Assembly (NCBI GenBank): GCA_965637545.1 | Contig: OZ281497.1 | Span: 15,872,001 to 15,936,000, forward strand | Length of the DNA stretch: 64,000 nt | From: Phallusia mammillata | Lineage: Eukaryota | Reading direction: 5' to 3' | In this document: piece by piece, positions 46,046-60,300 of the stretch | Layout: each line of letters starts with the position of its first letter | Position numbering within the stretch: the first letter of the stretch is position 1 | Notes under the pieces: model-generated | Told to the model about the DNA's origin: nothing | The model's input: only the letters and a program-made list of their open reading frames with translations | The model's database searches: none | Position numbers and translations under genes: made by a program

Positions 46046-48458
46046 CACTTGTGTGTAGTGTGTTTACGTTATGTTGATTGCTTAGTTGCTGCAACGTAAG
46101 AAATTGTAAAAATGGTCTTTTTTTACAGCGAAGAAATTGTAGAAAAGTTTGCTGAAATATATATACTGTATATTTACTCTATTAAGCATGGAAACGTGAC
46201 ACATATGTTATTCGGCGCATTATTCTTATTGTTACATTAAGCCAAATGACAATCATTTACATGTGTAAAAGTTAATGAAGTTGTTGGTAGGGTTCCTTTA
46301 TTTCTCGACTTCTTCATTTGTTGAGAAACGAGAAATTGAAAATTCATATCTCGAGAGTCTTGAATTTTTTATTTAAGCCGATTTTCTAACAAAAACAAAC
46401 AAAACATTTCCGAGACAAGGAAGAAAGTAATCTGCCCAGTGCGCTGTGGTACTGAATGCCACATGTTAGCGCATGTTACGTAACAAGAGATGTCGCATAT
46501 ACTTTTTGTTTATGATATGTGACATAATTTCTTCCGAGAAATTTGTATTTATTACTCAGGAATCATGACTCGATTTTTTTGAGAATTTTATGCAGAGAAG
46601 TAACTCTAGTTGTTGGTCTTCAATGCAAAAAAATGCCAAACAGCAAAACTGATTTTGTATTAATCCTTTTTTTAAACTTAAAGATACTGCTTAGGCTCAG
46701 TTAAGTACAAAAATGATTGGTCATCAGTCATCACTTGTAAAATTGATAGTCTCTATGAAATTTGGCAGGCCGAGAAAAGTTCATTTTTGAGAAAATATAT
46801 ATACATGTAAAATATATATAAATATGAATATATAAATAGTTACTCTTTCCCTGCACCATTTAAGAAGAAATAAAGAATATTCAAGAAATATAGATTTGGC
46901 TTTTTATCATTTTTGGTTGTATTCTGCAAAATTGTTGTGTCTAGATTCCCTTTTTGTAATATTGTTTGTAAAAATGTGATTTTATCCCTAAGTTATGTCT
47001 TTAAATTACACCAAAGAAAAGTGAGGTTTTAGTATGTCAGCTGATACGTAAAATTATTATGCTTAAGTTTTTAAGATCAAAATTAAGCTGACATGCTTTA
47101 ATCTTCTAAATTGTTTTCTTTCAACAGCATTTGCACATGTTTAAACCTGGCAATATTGAATGTGAATTAAGTGTTTTGTTCAAACCCCACCTAATATGTT
47201 TTCAAGGGTGGTAACTTTTTATGGACGACTGCCTTTAACATATCGTAGGTTTATTAGACTAGGTTAAAACTCTTTGAAGGTAATACTCAATTTCTTGAGA
47301 TTTTTTTACACAAAATTCAAGTGATATTTGGTTGGTTATAAAGTGATTTTATCACACCAGTTTGTTGCTGATTGGTCTTTTTTCATGCCTGTTTAAAATA
47401 GGCTGTAAAACAACAAGTTAAATATAACATAACAGTCCTTATTATAACCTGTGGACAGTCAGTAGTCTACGAAAAAAATATAAAAACTAAATCTGAAAAA
47501 ATATCATAAACTTCTGTTAACATTTTAAGCTATAATTTGCCTTTTTATGAAACTTATTAATGATCTTTTTTAAAATTGTAGGACGCATTAGATCTGCTGT
47601 CTCTTGGTAAAGTAATGACAGGACCTGTCAACAGTTTTAATGTTGCATGACATGTGTGCTGCTGTGAAGTTATGGAGTTTAGTTTAATAGTTGTATACTG
47701 TGTTGCATATTTAAGATTTCCAATGTATTGAGGTTGTATTCCTACCACAATGTAAATCGAAAGCAGGAAAAACAGTTTTTATTGAAAGTTGTTCTCTGTC
47801 CCCCGTTATTTCCCGTGAACCTGCGCCGGTTTGATTATTAAACCCAGTGGTGACGATTGCAATGTACTGTGCATGGTATAGACTGGCACTTAAGCAAACA
47901 CTGCAGTGTATGTTGCCTTGGAGGGCAATAGGGATTTGTTGACCTAATCTTTTCGCTGTTTTAGTCTTACTGCTGCTGTTAATCATCAATGTTTAACTTT
48001 ATTGCTCAATTCTCTGTAGCCTGTGTTCTGGTCTGTAAATTGGTGCCGTTGATTTGGGCATTAAAACTAAAGCATGTTGTTTTATGTTTTAAACCAATTG
48101 CATTTTGTAAAAGCAGGTAAATCTACTTTAATTTTACTGCATTTTATGTGTTATTGTTTTTGGCATATGTTTTGGCATAATTATATGCAGGGTTATTTTA
48201 AAACTTAAAAAGAGCCTTTATTTGTACATGACCTACAAACAAACCTGATTCACAGAGAGTAAATGAATGCCAGGTCTTGATTGAAATATTGCATGTCTTG
48301 ACATTTGGTTGACGTAGACATTGTGATTGATGATATATTTTAAGAAGTTTAACTTTCATGTTCAGCATGTCATGGACCAAGTATAAACTTTTGTTTTTCT
48401 CATGACAGTGCTTCTACCTAATTGCTCAAAATCATATGCATAAATTAAGGTAGGCATA

Positions 48459-51400
48459 ATGGAAACTGATACCAATCAAAATGCCCCAACAACACCCACC
48501 ACAGAGGGAACAGAAATTGGAGTCGAAAAACCTACAAGTTAGTATATATGCGATGTTTTTCAAAAATCCTGTTCTAATGTATTGCAACACAAAACTGTTT
48601 TAAAGTATTCCTGCTAATAAAAGTAAAAAATACACTTTTTCTTGTTTGAAATGAATTTTTGCGACTAAATACAGTGGTTAAGTTATGCTGCATGTTTTAC
48701 TAAAATGTTTGTCTTGTCATCTCAAAATATGTGAAATGTTTCTTAGTTTTCTATTTCCATTGATAATTTCTGTTCATATGCTTAAATATAAATGCTGTTG
48801 AACTTATGCCGGTTGTATTGACACGCCCTTGACATTTTTTTGAGGGATTCGGATTTTGAGGATGCATGTTGCAGTTTGGCTGTGGTAGTCAAATTGTTAA
48901 ATAAGGGGCAAGGTTTTACTTGCATTTTATCTTTTTTTTGCTTGACACTTGATTGCCCCACTAGTCCCCCTAAAATGTTTTCAAACAATCAGGTCTCAGT
49001 TGAATAAAATTTAGACCGGTAGTAGTCTTTTGTATGCCACATGAAATCTGTGCAATATCATGGTCCAAACAGCCTCCATTAATCTATAAAATCGTGTATG
49101 ATATATAACAAAGATCCAAGCATTTCTGCTGTGGAAATAATCATGTCAAAAACTTTATCGTCATAAAGAAAAAGTTATACATGCAAAATGTTACCTAAAT
49201 TCTTTGAATTTTTTTGCTCTCAGCAATTGAAGTAAAAGACCCTGCTGCTCGATTTCGTGGACACGGTACTAGTTTTAAAGCCAAACTGATTGGCATTGAT
49301 GATGTTCTAGAATCTAGAGGGGACAAAATGTGCCAAGAATCTATTCTCAAGTTAAAGGTAACTAAAATTCTGAAAAATTTATGTGATTCTGCATTTGTTT
49401 ACAGGGGTTTGTAAAATTGTTCTTGTGAAAAATGCAATGAAAACTCTGCAACTAAAAAAATTCAGCGTGAAAACCACTAAAGCGGTTGCTGTATTTTATT
49501 TGTTTTACAAAAACAAATGCATTTTGCTTTTATAAGCACGATCAGTGTCTAAAAACAATATAAAAATGGAATAAAACCAATAAATAAAATCAAAACAAAT
49601 AAAATACAGCGACCGATTTAATGGATTTCACACTGAAATTTGTTGATCTGATTTTAATGACCCTGAATCATCGCAGTTGCTTGATTTCATTAATCAGAAA
49701 ACATTTAATACGGAACTCTTCAACTAAAGTTTTTTTGTCCGTGTAAAATTGACAGGCCGCTGTAAAGGCATCAGGTCAACACAAACAGAAGATTATTGTC
49801 AATGTGTCATTAAAAGGCTTGAGAATTATCAACTTACTAAATGGGGTAAGTGCTTTGTCTTTGTATACTTTTGAGTTCTTACAAAAAAAGACGAAATCAA
49901 AGATTATTTTAATCATGCTGCACGTTTTATGACCTCATGAGTCATGCATTGAAAAGTAATGGATTACATTCATGTCGGCTGCATTCTCAGGAAGTGGAGC
50001 ACGAGCACCCTGTGCATAGAATATCTTTCATTGCACGCGACCTCACAGACAGGCGGGCTTTTGGATACATCTTTGGAGCTGGCGAGGGGAAGCATAAGTT
50101 CTTTGGGATCAAAACAGCTAAGATCGCCGAACACCTTGTGTTGGCACTAAGAGACCTGTTTCAGGTTGTGTATGACTTGAAAAAGCAGGAAATGGAGCAA
50201 GCAAAGCAAGAATCCGAGGTTCATATCATTTACTACACAAACATTTAAATCTTGTGTTTTTTATTTAAAAATATGTACAAAATTTTTTGTTTGGTATTTA
50301 AGTGACTGGTAATTTCACATAAATGTGTTGTAAAAGAATGGTGCTAAAGGATACAAAAAACATAAAATATGTCTTTATATGACATGCAAAAGAGTTGATT
50401 ACTAACATTTATCTTTATATGTACCATTGTTTCAGAATGGTCCAGGAGGTAACGAAGAAGAGACATATGCTGTTCCGAACAACAAGCCTGCACCCCAGGC
50501 ACAGGGAAACAGTTTGTTCGACATTGAACAGCAACTACAGGACATACAACAGGTATTATGTGTCATAAAACTTTATAGGGTGGGCTTTACTAGTATAGCA
50601 TGGCTAGCATGTATGTATACAACTCTTAACTTGCCCTCAAGTGGAATACTGTTAAGCCTGTTTGGTACTAACACATGTTTATGTTTGGTACTAATACATG
50701 TAATAAAAATGAAAGGCTTTAACTTAAAATCGGGCTATGACAGAACAAAATAATAATTAAATTTGTAAAACTTATATAATTATTCTAGATTTTGTTTCAA
50801 TATCTATGCTCTCTTTAGACACACAAACTGCTTATAAAGTGTTGTATTTTATTCTTTCTGTAAAAGTTTCAAATAAATTGTAGTTGTTACTCTCTCGTAG
50901 CCAAATGAACTGTAGTCAACATGTTGCTGTTGACATGTTTCCAAAGGAAATGTGACATTTAAGTAGGAAACCACATGACACATGATTAATTGTGGTTCTT
51001 GTTTTTGTCATTATGTTTGATAAAATGAACCACAAAAAATTTTCTTTTGCGATTTTAATCACATGTAAAATATTTTACAGATCACAGATTCAAATGCTTT
51101 TAATCCATGGCCAGAAAATGCTCCAACGTCTCCAGACACACCTGGGAATGATATGAGCAATTCTATGTTTGGAATGCCGGTAAACTTATTTACATGTTCA
51201 AAAGAAATCAAAATTGTATATATAGCTGGTGTATGCAAAAATGCAATTTTCCAGTTGTGTATTGTTTGTATTAGAATCTGAGTGATATATCGAGCTTAAG
51301 CAGCGAATTTAGCCTGGCGAGTGCAACAAGCTCTGTGGCTGAAAGTAAACTTCCATTGTCCGAACCAAAGACTCCACAAAGTGACCAATTTCACAGGACT

Positions 51401-54400
51401 CTCAGTGGCAAAAGTGCCACATCCTGGCATGGACACAGTGGCAGCCACCACTGGCCAAGCTTCAAGTCAGACAAGAAAAAACGCCATGGCTCAATGAGTG
51501 GACAATCTGGTAACAATAATACAAATGAAAAACCTCCAACAGGAAAGATTCTGACAAAATCCAACAGCGTAGGTAGGGGTGACCTTACTTTGGATCATAA
51601 AACTCATGATAAGCAACATGATGAAAAAACAGACTCAAATCATGATTCTTCATTTTTTGAAGAAGTCATGGTTGCTACAGGTTTCAAGGCCAGTTCAGAG
51701 ACACTTGAAGATCAGAAATCTTTGGATACGCCTGAAGAAAAACACAAACCTGTAGAAAATAGTGTAGACACATCTGAAAATGTGTCAGATTCTATGTCTT
51801 CAATATCGAGCACCAACAGTAAAACGTCAACCCCACGGAAATCCTTGTCGATAACGAACTTGTTTTTCTCATCAAAATCTGACAAAAACAAAAATTCATT
51901 AAAGCGAAAACACAAACACCTAAACTCACAAAAGAGTGCATCAAGTGGTGCAATTCTGTCGGAAAACACAGCACACTCTCCAGTAGCACCAAATACACAA
52001 ACCCCATCCAGTAGACTACAGAGGACTTCAAGCAGTTCTTCCACTACCAGCAGTGAAAGAAATCCAGTTTCGAAGCTAAGCAGAGGTTATTCTTCTGCAT
52101 CGATATCATCAGCACCGGATACAACGAAAAACGACATGCGAACAAATGAAAGAGTTCCACCTCCACTCGCGCATGCCCGTGCAAGACCCCGGGCACAATC
52201 CAGTATGTCATTGCGTGTTGCAAACAAAGACTCTCACAATCCGCCCATGTTTAAATCCAAACAGGCGGGTTTGCAAAAACAAAGTTCAATGTCTTCAATT
52301 GACTCCAACACTTCTACCTCCAGTCGAAAGGCCTTGTCTACTGTGCCAGATGACAATGATGATGCCAATAGTTTAAGCGCAGAATCCTGGGCAAAGTTTG
52401 ATGAAATGCCAAATGCAGAAGACACAAAATCTGTTACTGATGATCAAACCAGTAAAAAAACTGATAGTGCGTGGACATCTTCTGAACCTGAAGCGCATGA
52501 TGTTCAATTTTCCAGTACAGGTGACTGTTTCAATGACTCGTTTTCTCCTGATTCTGGGGCTACAAAAACTATTTCAGAGGAATCTAAATCTACCAAAACA
52601 GATATTTTTGAAAACTGTGATCCATTTGGGGACATTATGTTGGATGATCCTTTTAAAGACCCTTTTAACAATGTTGAAGAGATGTTCGGAAACATGCTCT
52701 CTGACAATGATTGTACAGAAACAAAAAGTAACTCCAATGTGGCGGAAGAATCAAAACCAATTGATCAAATGCCAAGGCCGGACTCTCCTGAATTATTTTC
52801 CCAAAACAGTGATTCCCCATTTAATGTTACTGATACAGCCCTCAGTGAGCACTCAACTCAGGAGTCACCTGTGCTGCATGTGACATCTTCATTAGATGAT
52901 CTGCACTCATCACAACATTCCAGTTCTGATTCAAACTCCTCAGATTCAGAATCACCAGCGGAAGCACCAGAAATTAAGATACCTCCTCCACCACCACCAT
53001 TGCCACCACGACTTCCAAAGCGAGTAATTGTGTCCAATGATGAAGAAATCACTCTTCCGCCTGCAATTCCACCCCCTCCTCTTCCACCATGCATTGTATC
53101 TGAGACACCAAATGATACTTATGAAGGACATAGTGAAACGTCAAGCGATGGGGAAGAGTTATCTGGGCCACCAGATTGCAAACCTCCAGATTTACCTCCA
53201 ATTGAAAACACATTCTGGCCAGACACTAACTTATGTCCACCTATTCCAAGTCGTAATCCACCAAAATCACATGATTCAAACCTACGAGCTGACGAGGTGT
53301 CTGCAAACCTTCAAGTACTTTCCTCTATGAGCTCCTCTTCAATGAACTCCAGTGATTCAGAAGCAAAGGTTTACCATGTGCTGCTAGCTTGGCATGTGCA
53401 TCTTCGCATGGACTAACTTTTATGTTGCATTTCTGAGATTCTTTTGACAACAGTTGATTGCTTATGTTTCATCTACCAGCTTTTTGTATTAACTAAAACA
53501 GCAGTGACCCAAAATCACACCTGTTGCCATACACATTGACCACTTGATTTAAAGGTAAAAATACATTTCAATATACAGTACTTCCATTTCTAGGATATAA
53601 AGAACAAGGGATGCAACATACCAAAACTTAAGCAGCCTCCACGGGTAGTGAAACGAAATAGAGCCCAACGCAAAGTTGAAAAAATGCAATTAGGCAATGC
53701 TGATGATAATAGCTCAAGCAGCTCATACAGTTTTGCATCCAATCGTTCTGACCCTGATGGTTACCTAGCTGGCAGTAGTAGCAGTCCGGTAACTGGTTTG
53801 AATTGGTTTCATCCAGCACTTCATACAGTTACTGCTGCACCATTACTTATACTAAACACTTCTATGTTGTCCCTTTTTGCTTGAAACTTGGGTTAGTTTG
53901 TTTACTGCATGTCTTTTGTTTTACTTACAGCATGAAACTATGTTTTTATTTTGTTTGAATGTGTTGTGTTTTTACTCATTTTTTTATATTTGGCTTTTAA
54001 TCTCCTTTTGTATTTCACTTAATGTATTAAATACCAATTACTGATACACTGACTTAAACATGAAAATTGCTTGACAGAGCGAGCCAGCTGATGGTGGAAT
54101 GACGAAAAATTCGTCGTATTCTGATCAGTTGAGCAATGCATTCAGCATGCCTGCAGAACAACCAGCACCCGTTCCTGGTGGAAAGTTAACCAAAGATCAA
54201 ATTATTGCTTCGTTCAACGGTAAATGGGGCTTCTATTTTATATGACAACATTTTACCACAGAAAAAATAGCAACTCTGCTGTTTTTATAGTAGGTGCCCA
54301 GGTGCCTCAAGGTATGCCCGGCCAAGCTATGGGTGGCTATTATGGCCAACAAGGCCAGCCACAACAAGCAATGTACCAACAACCCTCCGTTCCAGGCATG

Positions 54401-55288
54401 GGAGGTGCTTATGGCGCACGACCCAATATGCCCCAACAAAACCCCTTTGGTCAGGGTTATCCAGTATCCCAACCGTCATTAGGTGTTGCATTCCCATCTG
54501 GTCCTAGTCCTGCTGTCCCAGCCCGTCCTGGAGCCATGCGTCCACCAGCCCCAGTAGCTGCGCAAACTGGTGCGGCTCAAAATCCGTTTGGCGACGCGTT
54601 GAGTCCAACTAGCGGCCTGCTGGCACCAGTTTCCAACAATCCTGTTCAGCAAAACGGTACAGAAGAAGAGAAGAAGAAGACCGACCCGTTCGCCAGCCTT
54701 GTTCCCGGCCTTGGCGGTGGGTCTGCCCCGACAAATAAGAAAGACATGTTTAAGAACTTTCAAATGGCAAAACCGACGCCTCCGCCGCGTTCTGGTGGTG
54801 GTGGTGGCGATTCAGTGTCGGCTAATTTCGAAAACTACATGATGCAGTCGGTAGGAGGTGTCCCATTGGACGATGCCAACAATAACGCAGCTATAAAGCC
54901 CGCAGCACCGAGTCCAGCTCCTCGATCTATGAGCCAGGATGCTTTCGGCGGAACACCAGCGAATGGAGCAAACAGCGGCAGTGGCAGCGGCGCTGAAGAC
55001 CCCTTTGCGATGTTCGGTAGCGTTGGGGGATCAAGTTTCGACCAACCCTTTAATTTTGCGAGCCCGGTAAGGAAATATACTTGTTGCTGACTATTTTGCT
55101 TCGTGCCGTATAGCATGAATAATACATTGAAAAGGCATATTAAATAACATGACTATGAGACATTGCGAACGTGCATTATTCATACAGCGACGACTTTAGT
55201 GTGTAAACATTTATTTCATACATTTGCATTACAGCAACAGCAGCCACCACCACAACAAAGCAGCATGTCGGATTCGCTTTTTGGATAG
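48459..55288 (+). CDS. DAB2: Disabled homolog (DAB1/DAB2 co-orthologue), PTB-domain endocytic/signalling adaptor
   Basis: PTB exons [54 protein letters not shown] and [43 protein letters not shown] match the Dab PTB domain. Downstream exons 50436-50552, 51081-51179, 51275-53368, 53594-53788, 54078-54219, 54294-55066 and 55235-55288 join in frame and carry DPF/NPF motifs. The start exon 48459-48538 is less certain. Confidence 0.9.
49467..49631. repeat. Intronic inverted repeat (40-bp arms, 4 mismatches), probable MITE
   Basis: GTGAAAACCACTAAAGCGGTTGCTGTATTTTATTTGTTTT (49467-49506) vs the reverse complement of 49592-49631. Confidence 0.7.
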
Positions 55289-57339
55289 AATTCTCTTGGC
55301 CTTTCTTGTTCTTTGCACTGTATCTTCAGGCTTCGGCGGCGCAGGTCCGGATTAATTGCAGCGCGACCCTTGCAGTTTGGTCGTGGCGCCTCTGACCCCA
55401 CCGATTTGTGCAATATGTGTACACTTTGATTTACGCACTCGTTAGCAAAGACCTAAGTCTTCGTTGTATCAATCCTTGCCGACACTGTTCATGCAATAAC
55501 AACTAGTACCGTTTCTTGATGTATATTGTTAAAAATAGTTACGTTTTGTGATTCACTGGTTGCAAGATGTATATCTATCTTTACAGGAGTGCATTACGCA
55601 TATTTTGCTTTCGGTCGAGTACTTTGTGATATAATTACGCAGTAAGCGCGTTGCAACGTATAAATTTATTTTTCTGTGCAATTTTTCTTTGTTTTTAAAT
55701 TATGTTGTGCTTGCCTTGATTTGCAAAATGTTCCTCTTCTCGAAACGAAACGTTTTTGATTTAATTTGTATATTTTCAAATGCAGTGGTATGATTGGTTT
55801 CAGTCTTGCATACATATTGCTACGGAACTATTGTCGAAAGACCTTTCTTAATTTGTATTGTTTTGCGTTTCCTAATTTTTCATTGAAATACTCTTGCCTA
55901 ATTTATGCTTTGCCAGTGTTCACCTTCGTTCGGGCTTGTGATTGCATTTCATATAGGCCTATAAATACATTTTGTACATGTTTCTGATTACTGTTGCAGT
56001 GGGCTGTGCCACTTCTGTACTAAGCATTCATTTTCTATTGCCAAATAAAAACCATTGATCAATTTAAACTTTTGTTTAGCAATGCTGTCTTGATTGACTG
56101 CAACGTTTATTGAACATCTTTCGGACTAAAAATGCATTTGGTCTGTTTTTTAGTCACCGAATGTTAGATAATTAGGTTAGTGTTGGGTGAAAAGCAACAA
56201 CATATTCATTATCATTGTACCAGTTTTTGTGTAATGAACGATGATGTATAGCCTACCCTGCTTGAAAATGTTGCAACGATCTTCAACGTTGATGTGGCCT
56301 CCAGGATCAAGCTAATTCGGTAAACGGTGCTATTGTCTCAATGTAAATTGGTAAAACCCATCTAAAGTTGCCTCGAAGGGCATATATTCGTCCTCGGTAT
56401 TAGGCTGTCTTTATACCTAGTTATGTATATATTATTCTCACTAGTATTTAGACCCGAGCTTTATAAAGTAAGTTTTTTGGCTATATGGGCTACCTATAGT
56501 CCTGCTAACCTTAGTAAAATCCCCTTACGGACAAGCCAATATCTTACTACAGTAGTTTTTTTTGGCAAAAAAAGCATGACTGAAGCACAAATAAATCTAC
56601 AATTATCGAATTTGGGGTAATGGCACATCAGGAGCTTGAAATTATGTTGCAAAACAATCCAATCGACAAACCAACGACAGCTGATAGATTTAAGATAAAG
56701 GGAGTAGCCAAAACCTTGTGATTGGAAATAGGCGTAGTAGCCTAAACACCGAAAACGTGTGATCACCAAGCACATGATTAACGTTCAACTTCCGTGAAGC
56801 TACAATGATTAAACAAACATCGTGTACGCTCCCGTGTCACCTTTTCACCGGTGAGATTTACAGCTCCGGCGGAAAGCGTTCTCGCAAAGGGGGCGTGTGC
56901 ATCGTCGCGTAACGTATGGCTAATACCATTACATCACTTGGTTTGCAGGCCGCATCTGTCCACTGCTTGAGTGCGGTAAAGATGCGCAGCTGCAAAGCAA
57001 TATTGCGGGTTAGCGACTTTCCTGCAACAACATTGGAAATCAAATTTGTATGCGTAGAGTGGTTAGAATCTGACAAAAAGTAGCAATTTTATCGTGTGTT
57101 CAAAACCAGACCAGAAACATGTGCATGTTTGTCGTAAAAGTATGCGTATGCGGTGCAACTATTTTTTAGAAAACAACAGCACAGCAAAGACTATAGTGCA
57201 GTCTGCAGTGCCTAACGTCACAACTAATTGATTTCTTTCCACATCGAGAATAAACCATATTGTTAGATTGAAAAATGTCATTTGTCTAAAATTAAATATA
57301 AACCATCAGAGGTGAATAAGGAAAACACTAACAATCAAG

Positions 57340-60300
57340 ATGGTGTTTGAGTCCCTCGTTGTGGAGTTGATGAACAAATATCTTGGGGAGTATATTGAGA
57401 ATCTTGATGCATCACAGCTAAAACTTGGAATATGGGGAGGTCCGTGAATTTGTTGTTAATGTCGTTTTCAATTGTTTTTGTTGTTATGCCTGAGGCAGTT
57501 TCTGTCAATGTATATTACATAAAGTGTAACTGTGCAAACTTGCAATTCCAATGCACTTGCACGAAGCTGAACTTAATGTTTTTCGGTTTAGTTAAAACTT
57601 GTAAATTCAAGAAACCGTGGTCAATAAAGTTGATGTTTGTATTAAAGTTGTTGTATTTGTTTGTATTGAAGCTTTATGCCTTTGATTAGGTGATGCTGTG
57701 TTGGAAAATCTTCATGTTAAAGGCGATGCATTGGTAAGCCCATTTAGTATATGAACTTGCTTTCCTAAAAACAAATTGTACATCAACCGTCAACAACATA
57801 AGCTTGTTCCGTAACACTAAAGTTTGACTTTTTTGATACAGAAAGACTTGAATCTTCCTGTGCAAATCAAGTCTGGACATATTGGTATGTGTGCATTATT
57901 TAAAAAAAAATCAGTGTCAGCTTTAATACATAGCATTTTATTTCCAAAAGGAAAGTTAACCTTAAAAATTCCCTGGAAGAATCTGTACAAAGAGGCAGTT
58001 GAGGCTACTCTAGATGGATTGTTTTTGCTTGCTGTTCCCAATAGCAGTAAGTGTATTAACAGTTTCCTCACATATGTTAATCCTTGATTATATTCGTTTC
58101 ATTACCAGGCATGGAATATGATGCTGAAAAAGAAAAGATTAGGGAACAAGAAAGCAAACAGGCCCAACTGCAAGCAATTGAAGAACAACAATTGCAAAAG
58201 CTGAAATGTAAGCTGATGAGCAATGCCTCATTTTCTTTTACTTGCTGCAAGTTAAACAATTTATTTTTGTATGTTTATACACGTAAAGTGCAGAGTTATG
58301 TGTAAAGACATCGCTCAAATGTTAATATCATTTTAAGTCACTGAAAAATACATACAAAAAGTATGTCTTGATGCCTGATTGAAATAGGCCTGTTTACTGG
58401 TTTAAATGTTGTTTCATTTTGTGACAGCGAAAGAAGAAAAAAAGGATGGTTTTGTGGAAAAACTTGCAACACAAATTATTAAGAACCTCCAAATACATGT
58501 GAGAAACATCCATGTCAGATATGAAGACAAAGTAAGAACTACTAGTCAAAATGTTAGACTAGACAAAATATTACCCTGCAGATATTTTTTAAGCCCTGCA
58601 CTCAGTTAAATAGCAAATCTCTTAAGTGCAATAAATGGTATGTTTAAAACTAGATGATTTCACGTCAATTACCACAAGTTACAACAAGAAATTGTAACTA
58701 TATTTACAACCTTCTGATCTCGGTGAAATGTCATTTCATGATGTTAAAGTCCAGACATGATAGGTCATATAATTTACTAAAAACAATGGTAATGTTCCAA
58801 TCTGCATGCCATTTTGCTAATGACATTTTTGTGGTGTAGTGCACAACCTTTGTAAGGCACAGTCGATCTAAAATTTAAACTTATTTACACATAACAAGCA
58901 ACTTAGATATTATTTTGAACCATGTTGATTAATATTTGTGTGATCATTGTTTGTTTTTGCTTAAAATGCCAACATCTTTGTGTCATTGATTTGTATATTT
59001 TTTGCAGAATACAATTAAAGATCATCCTTTTGCCATGGGAGTGACCCTACATAGTCTAAGCTTTGAGGTAACAACTATTTAGTAGGCCTACTAACAACCA
59101 ATTACTGTGCTACATCAATTATGTATGCAGACGACTAATGAGAATTGGATACCCTGCCTTCTGGATGAATCTGTTAAAATTATTTACAAGATGGTCGACC
59201 TTGACTGCTTGTCAGTTTATTGGAATCCAGCCCCAGATGTGTTTGTAGCAGGTACATAATGCATTGCTGGGGTATCACCTTGGACACCATTACTGAATGT
59301 TACAAATTGTTTTGTTTTTTCTTGCCAAGATGCACCAAGAGCCCAACAGTTGGACATATTTCTCAACACAATTGCAAATAAAACTTTCACTCCATCTGAA
59401 TTCCTGTACAGTGAGTTTTGTTTTCAAATTAAACAAAGTAGATACTGTAGAAAACTATGAATTCATTATTTTCTTTGTAACAGTTATTAAGCCTATTAAT
59501 CTACAAGCTCGCCTGCGGTTAAATCCCAATCCTCACAGCGACTTGGCAAAACCAAAAGTGATGCTCTCTTTGGTTCTTGAGGAAATTGGAATGAGACTTT
59601 TACACAAACAGTACCATGGTGTCATGGAACTTGTGGAAAGCATGGACAGAATGGCACTGAATGCACCTTTTCGCAAGTTCAAGCCTAATGTGCCCATCAA
59701 AAACAATGGAAAGCTCTGGTTAGTTGTACATTTTAGGAAGGTAGTAGGTTGTTATAGGGGGAGAACATGTTTTGAATAGATCAATCTGCCACGCCTGTTT
59801 GCCAAATGATCATGTCATCTTCCTGTGTGCGCAGCTTGTGTCTAACTTCTTCAGGGAAATTCCCTTTCTGTAGTGTTTAATTTCTCAGGAAATAATTGGC
59901 TTGACGCAAAACATAATTTGTTACTGATAATTTGTAAACATAATTTGTAAAAAGCTTTTGCTGTTTCTACAGTAAAGCACAATTTCTTGAATGTCTGATG
60001 AAAGTGACATTAATGCATTTTTGTTTGTTTTTACCAAATATAATTTAATAACCTTGTTTCATTGGAATAGTGTAACATTTTATTGTGTAACGTTTTAATT
60101 TTATTCTGTAGGTGGCAATATGCCTACAATAGTGTTCTGGAAACTGGGATTGTATCTCGTCCAATGTACTGGTCATGGTCATACATAAAAGAACACAGAA
60201 GAAAAGTTCGAGAGTACAAAATTAAGTACAAGGAAAAGTTGCAACAGAAAAAGCCACCCAAGGTATATTATGCAAAGAATATGAATGCAAATAAAAACAT

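Noticed and set aside
51335-53416. The 693-aa ORF as a separate gene or transposon ORF
   Set aside because: It splices in frame into DAB, has no TIRs, TSD or transposase motif, and has disordered adaptor-like composition.
55288-57340. DAB-VPS13 operon
   Set aside because: There is an AATAAA at about 56044 and roughly 1.3 kb of further spacer with promoter-like CpG-richer sequence. Ascidian operons usually have little or no intercistronic DNA.
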